Origin: Dehalococcoidia bacterium UBA7891
Lineage (GTDB): Bacteria > Chloroflexota > Dehalococcoidia > Lucifugimonadales > UBA826
Assembly: GCA_002500485.1 (NCBI GenBank)
Contig: DLRJ01000033.1
Location: 7,035-71,034 of the forward strand
Direction of reading: 5' to 3'
DNA: 64,000 nucleotides
The notes below the pieces were generated by a model. It was not told the origin of the DNA and searched no databases. It worked only from the letters and a program-made list of their open reading frames with translations. Position 1 is the first letter of the stretch. Every line of letters starts with the position of its first letter. The position numbers were made by a program, and so were the translations under genes. Below, one piece after another: positions 56,198 through 64,000 of the stretch.

Positions 56198-57517
56198 TCA
56201 GTCAGCCATGCCTACATTCATAGGAAGCTTGACCCATAAGAGAACCACGGTGGCTATTAAACAAATGATCCCGCTAAATAGAAAAGCAGATTTTATCCCA
56301 AATTCATCGATGAGCATTCCGGTGAAAATTGGGGAAACTGTTCCCAATAAACTTGCCCCATAAATCAACGAGACTACTGTTGGCTGTGATTTTCCACCCG
56401 AAACATCCATAGCAGCGGAAATAAAAACAGTATGCAATGAGTATAAGAAAGCACCCATAACGAATATATTCAACACAAGTTGGTATCCATCAGATGCGTA
56501 ATACAATCCGATAAATGAAATTCCTAATATAGTCATACTAGGCAATAGAACTATTTTTCTTCCACACTTGTCAGACAGCAAACCAAGTACAGGTTGGCCA
56601 ATAATTCCAGCTACCTGTGCTCCAGCCAGAAAAACTCCCACTGTAAGTGGGTCTTTGGCAAGCCCTCCCTCTCCTACAGCTGTTATCAGGTAAAGGGGAA
56701 GAAAATACATAATCGAAGATTGGCCCATATCGCTCAACCCTGTGACCAGTATTAAGCCCCAAATCCCTTTGTCTTTTAGCAATTCTCTCAGACCGCCGAA
56801 ATATTCTGCAAAAGATTCTGCCTTAGGGACATCCTTCGAAACACCTCTCATCATAATATAAACAACTAGAGCGAAAATTAAAGCAGGCAAAACACTTATT
56901 CGAAGAACTTCATTCCATTCAAATGCGATTAGGTATGTCATGGTAATGATGCTACCGACCTTGAATGTCTCCGTAGTTAACAAGCCCACTATGAAAGGTC
57001 CAAACATTTCTCCTATTGAACCACCTGTCCCGTGAAGGGATATCGCAAATCCTCGTCTATCCGGGAATCTTCTTGATAGCTCTGCAATCGCTGGTGGGTG
57101 ATACAAAGAAGGGCCTATTCCGACAAGGAGCATCGCCCCAAGAAGCCACCAAAAACTAGGAGCCATTCCCAACAAAAAGAAGGAAGTCCCCATAATAGTT
57201 AACGATATTGCCATCATGGCCCCAGGGCGGTCAGAGAAACGTTCTCCAAGATAACCTGCAACCATTGTGGTAGCATCCGAGGCTCCTCGCCCGAATCCTC
57301 CAACAACACCAAATTGAGTCGCTGTTAAATTGAAACGTGGGTCAGTTTTCATCATTGCAAGCAGTAAGGGAAGCGAAGAATTAAAAACATGGCTCACTGC
57401 ATGCCCTAACACAATTGCTGAGGCCAGTTTCTTACTTCCTATAGTAAAGTTAGGTGAAATCTGTCTTTTTTCTTCCAATGCACTTGTAAATTTGGGAGTC
57501 TCACCGTCATCCGGCAT
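56198..57517 (-). CDS. MFS transporter
   Basis: 439 aa, polytopic. Contains GYLGERFSDRPG (MFS motif A-like). Confidence 0.85.
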   Translation of the reverse strand: MPDDGETPKFTSALEEKRQISPNFTIGSKKLASAIVLGHAVSHVFNSSLPLLLAMMKTDPRFNLTATQFGVVGGFGRGASDATTMVAGYLGERFSDRPGAMMAISLTIMGTSFFLLGMAPSFWWLLGAMLLVGIGPSLYHPPAIAELSRRFPDRRGFAISLHGTGGSIGEMFGPFIVGLLTTETFKVGSIITMTYLIAFEWNEVLRISVLPALIFALVVYIMMRGVSKDVPKAESFAEYFGGLRELLKDKGIWGLILVTGLSDMGQSSIMYFLPLYLITAVGEGGLAKDPLTVGVFLAGAQVAGIIGQPVLGLLSDKCGRKIVLLPSMTILGISFIGLYYASDGYQLVLNIFVMGAFLYSLHTVFISAAMDVSGGKSQPTVVSLIYGASLLGTVSPIFTGMLIDEFGIKSAFLFSGIICLIATVVLLWVKLPMNVGMAD

Positions 57518-57632
57518 TACAAAACCCTTGAAGATATCTTTTTTATTCTGAAGCCAAGCGTTACTGTCTCAATGCAGTTTTTAATGTCCTTTTTCATATG
57601 TGCATTATAGCTATTAACAAGTATGTTTTAGA

Positions 57633-58784
57633 ATGAGAATTAATATGGCACAGATCGTTGGAAATCTAGTTTTAATAACCATGCTCGTGGCGATGCTCGC
57701 CTGCTCTAATAACATCTCAGACAATTCAATAGCAAACCCCCAAATAGCCCCGAAACTTCTCCCTATTGAATTTGGCACTTCAGGGCCATGGATCAATAGT
57801 GAACCATTTGTCTTACAGGAAAAGAGGAACGAGGTCGTTCTAATCGATTTTTGGACCTACACCTGCATCAACTGCATAAGGACTCTTCCGCACCTAAATG
57901 AATGGCACCGGAAATACAACGAAAAGGGTCTAAATGTTTTGGGAGTGCATAGTCCCGAATTTGAGTTTGAGAAAATATATGGCAATGTCGTCTCTGCTGC
58001 AGAGTATTTAGGAATTGATTATCCGATAGTGATGGATAACGATTTCAATATATGGAACACATTTGATAATCGATACTGGCCTTCGAAATACCTTTTGGAT
58101 AAAGATGGGGTGATCCAATTTAGCCACTTTGGTGAAGGGGGATACGAAGAGACAGAATTAGCAATAAGAGCTTTATTAGAGGAGGCTGGCTTCGATACCT
58201 CAGATATCCCTTTAGAAGTTAATCTCCACCAAAAAGGTGATTCGTCCAATATTTCCAATGAGCAAACGTTGGAGTTATACATGGGTACTGATAGAAACTA
58301 CAAATTCAACTTTTTTCAAGATACATATATCGGAAATAAAGAATACTATGAAAATATTCGAACCGATGCTTGGAAGAAAAAAGATGTCTTTAAAAGTCCC
58401 TCCAAAAAACAAAAAAATAGGGTTTATATTGAAGGTTTGTGGAGTAAAGAAAAAGAATATATTTCTCACAGCAGAAATACTGATGCTTACATCGATCAAA
58501 TTTTTCTAAAGTTCTCAGGGGCTGAGGTGAACGTGGTTTTGGGAAAACATAAAACCCCCTATAAGGTACTAATCACCCTGGATGGATTCCCTGTAAAGAA
58601 ATCAGAAGCGGGTAAGGATGTCTACTTTGACCCTAGCGGAAAGAGCTTTGTTCAAGTCGACAGTTCTCGGATGTATAACTTCGTTAAGTTGAAAAAATTC
58701 GACACGCGAGAGCTAATATTAAGCTCTACATCATCTGGGTTCTCCATTTATTCTTTCACTTTCGGCTCCGATGTAAGGGAATAA
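57633..58784 (+). CDS. extracytoplasmic thioredoxin-fold lipoprotein (DipZ C-terminal-like redoxin plus beta-rich C-terminal domain)
   Basis: Signal peptide with lipobox (VAMLAC). Contains VVLIDFWTYTCINCIRTLPHL, a CxxC motif. Confidence 0.8.
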   Translation: MRINMAQIVGNLVLITMLVAMLACSNNISDNSIANPQIAPKLLPIEFGTSGPWINSEPFVLQEKRNEVVLIDFWTYTCINCIRTLPHLNEWHRKYNEKGLNVLGVHSPEFEFEKIYGNVVSAAEYLGIDYPIVMDNDFNIWNTFDNRYWPSKYLLDKDGVIQFSHFGEGGYEETELAIRALLEEAGFDTSDIPLEVNLHQKGDSSNISNEQTLELYMGTDRNYKFNFFQDTYIGNKEYYENIRTDAWKKKDVFKSPSKKQKNRVYIEGLWSKEKEYISHSRNTDAYIDQIFLKFSGAEVNVVLGKHKTPYKVLITLDGFPVKKSEAGKDVYFDPSGKSFVQVDSSRMYNFVKLKKFDTRELILSSTSSGFSIYSFTFGSDVRE

Positions 58785-58792
58785 TCATTTAA

Positions 58793-59722
58793 ATGAGCTA
58801 CAACAGATTCCTTTCTATTTTCTTGTTTTGTATTGGCATAACCACCTTAACGACCTCTTGCAATGATATTAAAGACCCATTTACAGATGAATATCCGATA
58901 AAAAGCTCAATCACCGAGGGAGGCTATCAAATAGTTTTGGCTACGACAGATCTGGCCGTAGGGGAAAATCGATTCGCATTTATAGTTCTGTCTGAGACAG
59001 GGTTTATCAATAGAGATTATTCCATGGTGACCTTTTATGCTCCGATCAAGCATTCACAAGAATCAAAAAAAACTGCCCAGTTCATGCATTGGGACGATCT
59101 CAACAGAGGATCTTTTGTCGCCAATGTGAATTTTCCGTACCCTGGAAAATGGACATTCCAGGTAGATTTACAGGACAACGAAAAAGACATTTCGGTTCAA
59201 GCGAATTTCACTGTTAACGAAAAAACTGTCGCCCCAAATGAAGGTGATAAGGCTCCCATAACAAAGAACAAAACCTTAGACAGCGTAGTAAATATCCAGC
59301 AACTCTCAACAGGAAATGTAATTGCCCCTGACCTGTATCGACACTCAATCAAGGATGCAATGGAAAATGGTAAGGCCACTGTTGTTACTTTTTCCAGCCC
59401 CGCTTTCTGTCAAGATGAGACATGTGGACCACAGGTGAAAGTGCTACAAAAATTAAGCTCTTATATGAATTCTTCAATAAATTTCATCCATGTTGAAATT
59501 TATGATAACCCAGTCGAACTCCAAAATGATTCTAAGGCTGGTTTGTACTCTGAGACTTTCAAAAAATGGAACTTGCCGAGCTTTCAATGGACATTCATCA
59601 TCAATTGCCTCGGTGAGATATCACATCGGTATCAAGGATTCGTATCCTCTGAAGAACTAGACGGAGCCATAAAGTTTTTTATCCCAGGGAAAGGAGGTAA
59701 GAATCATTGTTTAGTAATCTAA
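58793..59722 (+). CDS. lipoprotein with N-terminal YtkA/FixH-like beta domain and C-terminal thioredoxin-like domain carrying an atypical C-x4-C motif
   Basis: Lipobox LTTSC. The GENRFAFIVL block suggests a beta domain. Also contains TVVTFSSPAFCQDETCGPQ. Confidence 0.6.
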   Translation: MSYNRFLSIFLFCIGITTLTTSCNDIKDPFTDEYPIKSSITEGGYQIVLATTDLAVGENRFAFIVLSETGFINRDYSMVTFYAPIKHSQESKKTAQFMHWDDLNRGSFVANVNFPYPGKWTFQVDLQDNEKDISVQANFTVNEKTVAPNEGDKAPITKNKTLDSVVNIQQLSTGNVIAPDLYRHSIKDAMENGKATVVTFSSPAFCQDETCGPQVKVLQKLSSYMNSSINFIHVEIYDNPVELQNDSKAGLYSETFKKWNLPSFQWTFIINCLGEISHRYQGFVSSEELDGAIKFFIPGKGGKNHCLVI

Positions 59723-59903
59723 TTTGAGAAAATTACATTCGTTTAATATAACTTAATTCAGAGGGCCCTACCCCCAAATAAAATAAGAAATCTCAGAAGC
59801 CTCAAATGAACCCCCTTATACTGACTGGTTAGTTTCCATCTGTATTTTGCCTAAAGTTTGACTTGGGTTGGTTTACAATCCTCATCACAAGGGATGAAAG
59901 ATT

Positions 59904-60584
59904 ATGAATGCAAAAGTAAATACCGAATACACAATATATTTTGCCGGAGCGTTATTCGACCACAAGGAACTTATCGGTAACGCTATTTTAGCCTCCTACA
60001 TAAATAAACTTTCCAAGGAGAAATACCGGTGCATACTACCGCAAGACCTTGAACAATCTACAAATAGGGCAGTCGACATAAGAAATCAAGATTTAAATTG
60101 TGTGTTGTCATGTGACTTAGCAATTTTTAATTTTGATGGCACAGAATTAGACTCAGGGACTGTCGTAGAATTTTTGTATGCTAAAACTTTGGACATACCT
60201 GCATTAATCATAAGGTCTGATTTTCGAGGGAGCGGTGATCAAAATCGTGAGGGAGATCAATGGAATTTAATGGCATCCTTTTATCCTCGGACTAGAAAGC
60301 TAGAATTTAATGCAATGGAGTGGTATCAAAGAGAGATAAAGGCTTCATCTGAAGACCAAAACATATTCGACACCGCTGATCGCTTATATAAAAAGTTTGC
60401 TAGTTCAGTTATAAGTGAATTGGATATTGTGATAAAGGACCCACCCTTGCTCTCTACCGATAAAGAGCAAGCTTTTAGCCTTTATCAATGGGCCTCAGTG
60501 TTTCCTGGAAATGGGCTCCCAGAAATTGTCCCGAACATAGAAGACATAATTATATCCAAGAAGAATAAGGGGTTAATAAATTAG
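59904..60584 (+). CDS. nucleoside 2-deoxyribosyltransferase-family protein
   Basis: IYFAGALFDHKELIGN at the N-terminus and a DSGTVVEF region are typical of the PF05014-like fold. Confidence 0.6.
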   Translation: MNAKVNTEYTIYFAGALFDHKELIGNAILASYINKLSKEKYRCILPQDLEQSTNRAVDIRNQDLNCVLSCDLAIFNFDGTELDSGTVVEFLYAKTLDIPALIIRSDFRGSGDQNREGDQWNLMASFYPRTRKLEFNAMEWYQREIKASSEDQNIFDTADRLYKKFASSVISELDIVIKDPPLLSTDKEQAFSLYQWASVFPGNGLPEIVPNIEDIIISKKNKGLIN

Positions 60585-60618
60585 AATAAACCCGTACCCT
60601 TTTAATTAAGATAAGCAA

Positions 60619-61497
60619 TTATTGAAACAATGGTAAGGCCCCTCGACATGCTAACAACAACCCGACAGCTAGTAGAACGAAGCCCATCGTAAGAATAAGA
60701 GTGTTCAGATTCACTTTCCCGGTTAACTTCGCACCATACCAACTACCAACCATAGCACCCGCTCCCATAAGGATTAAAACAGGGTAATCGACCTTTCCCT
60801 GACTAGCGTGCCCTATCCATCCTACAGCTCCCATAAAAAATCCGATAAAAAGATTAGATCCTGCAGCAATACGGGGATCGATTTTAAGAACTCTGACAAG
60901 AGCTGGTAAGCGTATGCTGCCCAAAATAAGCCCAACGGCACCGCCCAGAAGCCCAACCCCCAACCCAATTCCGGCTTCTGCAGAAACCCGCCCAGGAGTG
61001 AATAGCCCTGAAGATCCCTCTAATCCAGCCCCGAATAGAGGAGAAGTTGATTGGCCGGATTTTACACGGTTTTGGTAGATAATGATGAATTCTACTCCCT
61101 GCCACAACACGAGTAGTCCTGCGAGAAATAGGAGTATCCCTTCGTGTATTACACCACTGAGGAATCCTCCAGCAAAGGCCCCTGCAAAAGCAGGAATACC
61201 CATCACTATTACTATCCTCATGTCCACCCTACCTCCCCGCCAATGCTTTATTGCGCCTGACGGAGAACTAAGACTGCTGACCATAATATTAGTTCCTCCC
61301 GCAATGGCAGCTGGTGTCCCTAAAAGCAGCAGTGCAGGTAAGCGAATCGTTCCCAAAGCAAGGCCAACAAATCCACCAAGTATTCCTACTAATAGAGATA
61401 TAATGGTCAGTAAGAGAGCCTTCCAGACAAGATGGTCGGACGGAAGTCCAATATCTCCAAGGGTCAAAGCCATTAAATCTGAGAAAGTCTGTTCCAT
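60619..61497 (-). CDS. TauE/SafE-family anion (sulfite/sulfonate) exporter
   Basis: Polytopic, with a duplicated G-rich TM pattern (GGFVGLALGTIRLPALLL and GGAVGLILGSIRLPALV). ATG 61497 (MEQTF...) is preferred over the track start at 61590. Confidence 0.75.
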   Translation of the reverse strand: MEQTFSDLMALTLGDIGLPSDHLVWKALLLTIISLLVGILGGFVGLALGTIRLPALLLLGTPAAIAGGTNIMVSSLSSPSGAIKHWRGGRVDMRIVIVMGIPAFAGAFAGGFLSGVIHEGILLFLAGLLVLWQGVEFIIIYQNRVKSGQSTSPLFGAGLEGSSGLFTPGRVSAEAGIGLGVGLLGGAVGLILGSIRLPALVRVLKIDPRIAAGSNLFIGFFMGAVGWIGHASQGKVDYPVLILMGAGAMVGSWYGAKLTGKVNLNTLILTMGFVLLAVGLLLACRGALPLFQ

Positions 61498-61657
61498 ATA
61501 GTCTCTCTTTCCACGATTATGCGCTTTCAGAAAGCCAATGAATAGGAATGGTACAACTGTTACTAGTTCAAATGTATGATACCAAGGCACTTATCCCAAG
61601 AAACCGGATACGTAATGTCACGTATGGCATCGCTTCCAGCCAATTAGGAGAGAGAAA

Positions 61658-62518
61658 ATGAGATCAATGCATATGGCAGATGCAGGGAAGGTACTATTGG
61701 AGATCAGACAGTTGCTAAATGATACCAATATTATTTTTTTTCTGCGCCACGGAACCTGTCTAGGTGCTGTCAGGGACGGGGAGCTTATACCTTGGGATGA
61801 CGATATAGATATTGGTTCAATTATTGGCATGTATAATCTCGATGAGCCGTCCATTTTACAAGCCGTAGATGAGTTTAAACGGGCAGGCTTTCAAGTAAAA
61901 GTATTGGAAACAGATTTCCATATCGGTGTAGAACTTTCAAAACTTGGCATACCTGTCGATTGGACCTGTTACAGGGTATTGGAAAAAAGTATTTTGCAGT
62001 ACCCTGGCGTGAAAATTCCTATTCAAATTTATGAGGATTTAAGTACCGTATCTTTATTAGATAAACCTTTTCTCGTGCCGAGTCCTCCGGAAGAATATTT
62101 AACACTCAAATATGGTCCCGATTGGAGAGTGCCAAAGAAAACAGGCTTTGAAGCCGATATCATCGATTCGATACCAGAATCTATAAACCTTGAAGTAAAA
62201 TATTCTATTTTCACTAGGGTTTTAAAATTTTTATTTCCTAGGAAGTACTCTATCCGAATCACGGTCCTCTCTGCTGACACTCAGCCTATTCCGATGATTG
62301 AAGTAGCCATTGCCGGTGTGAGTAGGCAAACAACCGATCACGATGGATGTGTCCAATTTGATTTATCCCATGAAGACTATTATGCAGTGGATATCGGCAT
62401 CGGCGAGAATAGAGAAATCTTATATGAAGAGGTTTTAAAACCAGGGAGGGATTATTTCTATATACAAGATCCCAACGAAATGTATGGGCGAATTCATGTG
62501 CTAAAGGAAAAAGACTAG
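61658..62518 (+). CDS. LicD-family phosphotransferase with C-terminal carboxypeptidase-regulatory-like beta domain
   Basis: Contains FFLRHGTCLGAVRDGELIPWDDDIDIG (LicD signature). The C-terminal region IRITVLSADTQPIPMIEVAIAGV...TDHDGCVQFDL suggests the beta domain. AGGAG lies 7 nt upstream. Confidence 0.75.
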   Translation: MRSMHMADAGKVLLEIRQLLNDTNIIFFLRHGTCLGAVRDGELIPWDDDIDIGSIIGMYNLDEPSILQAVDEFKRAGFQVKVLETDFHIGVELSKLGIPVDWTCYRVLEKSILQYPGVKIPIQIYEDLSTVSLLDKPFLVPSPPEEYLTLKYGPDWRVPKKTGFEADIIDSIPESINLEVKYSIFTRVLKFLFPRKYSIRITVLSADTQPIPMIEVAIAGVSRQTTDHDGCVQFDLSHEDYYAVDIGIGENREILYEEVLKPGRDYFYIQDPNEMYGRIHVLKEKD

Positions 62519-62572
62519 CCATCGTTTCATTTTTATATATGAGTTGTGAAAAGTGCACTTGGGAGAATAATA

Positions 62573-62989
62573 ATGACAAGGGTTTATGTTGATATGGTAG
62601 CCGATCTATTTCATTATGGTCACGCTAACTTTCTTAAGAAAGCTCGACAGTTCGGTGATTATTTAATTGTCGGAATTCATTCTGACAAGGTTGTAAAAGA
62701 ATATAAACGATCTCCAATAATGACCATGAGAGAACGTATAGATACCGTATCTTCCTGTCGCCATGTGGATGAAGTCATACCTGATGCACCATTGATAATT
62801 GATCAAGAATGGATAACCACCCATCGTATAGATCTGGTTGTACATGGTGACGATTTTTCAGGGGAGATGAAACAATTGTGCTATAAGATTCCAATCGATT
62901 TGGGGATTTTCCGGTTGGTACCCTATACCTCAGATATTTCTACAACAGATATTATCAAAAGAATAGAAAAATACACGGGTAACTGTTGA
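62573..62989 (+). CDS. cytidylyltransferase (glycerol-3-phosphate / phosphocholine cytidylyltransferase family)
   Basis: Contains VYVDMVADLFHYGHANFLKKAR (HxGH) and GIHSD. ATG 62573 has GGGAGA 6 nt upstream (the track start is GTG 62546). Confidence 0.8.
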   Translation: MTRVYVDMVADLFHYGHANFLKKARQFGDYLIVGIHSDKVVKEYKRSPIMTMRERIDTVSSCRHVDEVIPDAPLIIDQEWITTHRIDLVVHGDDFSGEMKQLCYKIPIDLGIFRLVPYTSDISTTDIIKRIEKYTGNC

Positions 62990-63186
62990 TCTGGAGTTAC
63001 TAATAATCCCGGCAACTCCACACCAAGGTAGATATACTGCCATATCACGATCTATTTTAGTGAAAATGGTACTATTTGCTTCTAATATCCAATATTCATA
63101 ACCTAAACTAAAGGTGCTATAAATTGTACCGGAGCCACTATTAAATTAGCGGAACTAATTCAATAGCACAAAGGTATACAAACATC

Positions 63187-63465
63187 ATGCCAGCTACATC
63201 CAGAGTTTTTGAAGACAACGAAAGAGTACGAGTAACAAAATGGCATTTTAGCCCAGGTGAGGAAACAGGCTGGCACAGGCACGAACTCGATTACACAGTA
63301 GTACCACTACTTACAGGCACCCTCACAATTGTAGACCGAACAGGAACAGAGTCATTGAACGAGATAGAAATCGGAATTCCGTATTTCAGGTACTCAGGGG
63401 CTGAACACAATGTAATCAACCATTCTGAAATCGAGGTGGCTTTCATGGAAATTGAAATAAAGTGA
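63187..63465 (+). CDS. cupin-domain protein
   Basis: 92 aa. Contains GWHRHELDY...EHNVIN, which are cupin motifs. Confidence 0.7.
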   Translation: MPATSRVFEDNERVRVTKWHFSPGEETGWHRHELDYTVVPLLTGTLTIVDRTGTESLNEIEIGIPYFRYSGAEHNVINHSEIEVAFMEIEIK

Positions 63466-63553
63466 TCTTGGTTTTCAAAATTTCTTACAAGGACTCAGGG
63501 CCTTTTACCGGAGGCCGGTTGTTAGAAAAATTTTTGCAAAATGAGGCAAAATT

Positions 63554-64000
63554 ATGGCAGACCGAAAACCCTTAATCCACGTGATTGGGACAGGTGGGAC
63601 CATTGCTGGCATTGGACCTGACAGGCTGGATTACACTCAGTATGCTGAACTCGGTAAAAAATTCAGCATAGAACAATCATTGGACCGAATATCCGAAATT
63701 AATGCCCTAGCCGATATACAAAGTGAGGACATGATCAGCGTAGGTAGCCCGGCAATAGGCCCCAAGGAATGGCTCCAGCTAAGTAACCGGATCAACACCG
63801 TTTTAAACTCTACAAATGTTGATGGGGTTGTAGTAACACACGGGACTGCCACACTAGAGGAGACAGCCTATTTTTTGCATTTGACAGTAAAATCCAAAAA
63901 ACCCGTCGTTATTACCGGGGCAATGCGGCCACCAACTGCATTTGGCACAGATGCAGATCTAAACCTCATAGACGCTATCAGGGTTGCTGCGAGCCCTCAT
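63554..64000 (+). CDS. L-asparaginase (3'-truncated by the window edge)
   Basis: MADRKPLIHVIGTGGTIAG... is the catalytic Thr motif, followed by VVVTHGTATLEETAYFL. The frame stays open to position 64000. It is absent from the track because there is no stop codon in the window. Confidence 0.88.
   Translation, partial: MADRKPLIHVIGTGGTIAGIGPDRLDYTQYAELGKKFSIEQSLDRISEINALADIQSEDMISVGSPAIGPKEWLQLSNRINTVLNSTNVDGVVVTHGTATLEETAYFLHLTVKSKKPVVITGAMRPPTAFGTDADLNLIDAIRVAASPH

Noticed and set aside
59904-60584. Nucleoside 2-deoxyribosyltransferase-fold protein as a defence or NADase-type effector
   Set aside because: It is an isolated gene in a housekeeping and envelope context. It has no partner sensor genes, no compositional anomaly and no mobile-element neighbours.
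1-64000. CRISPR arrays, IS elements or transposases, integrases, prophage genes, toxin-antitoxin pairs and restriction-modification genes
   Set aside because: I looked through all intergenic regions and ORF translations and found none. There are no regularly spaced repeats, no DDE/HUH/tyrosine-recombinase motifs, and no methyltransferase or nuclease signatures.

Overview
All coordinates, motifs and counts below were read and counted by hand (no tools), so they may be off by 1-2 nt, and GC statements are visual estimates. The window is gene-dense and AT-rich, with about 68 protein-coding genes, 3 tRNAs and no rRNA. I found no CRISPR array, transposase, integrase or recognisable phage or defence module. 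Most of it is ordinary chromosomal housekeeping: acnA, recG, yloV-like/rpmB, pheA, a Trk/Ktr K+ uptake operon, cmk-plsC-glmS, rpsO-pnp-dapB-asd-dapA and purA. These are mixed with catabolic and redox genes: three family-III CoA-transferases, an LLM/F420-type oxidoreductase, MDR/SDR/Zn-ADH dehydrogenases and two MFS transporters. That mix, plus frequent TTG starts, would fit a marine SAR202-like Chloroflexota genome, but this is inference only.

I did not find a clear novel multi-gene system. The observations most worth a second look are:
1. A thioredoxin-fold lipoprotein split by one in-frame TGA at the CxxC position, with a SECIS-like hairpin just downstream. It is a probable selenoprotein that gene callers would break in two.
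2. A tightly coupled operon: CinA-like::NadD-like fusion, UbiD, UbiA, UbiX, an orphan TPP beta-subunit and a PHP phosphatase.
3. A DHDPS-family aldolase followed by an MfnB-like synthase fused to a TusA-like domain.
4. A GC-rich two-gene islet at the left edge, bounded by imperfect direct repeats and a tRNA-like 3' remnant.
5. A protein built from six in-register 36-residue repeats, upstream of a GAF-GAF-PAS class III cyclase.
6. Several sub-60-aa genes invisible to the ORF track, including a SEC-C-motif microprotein.
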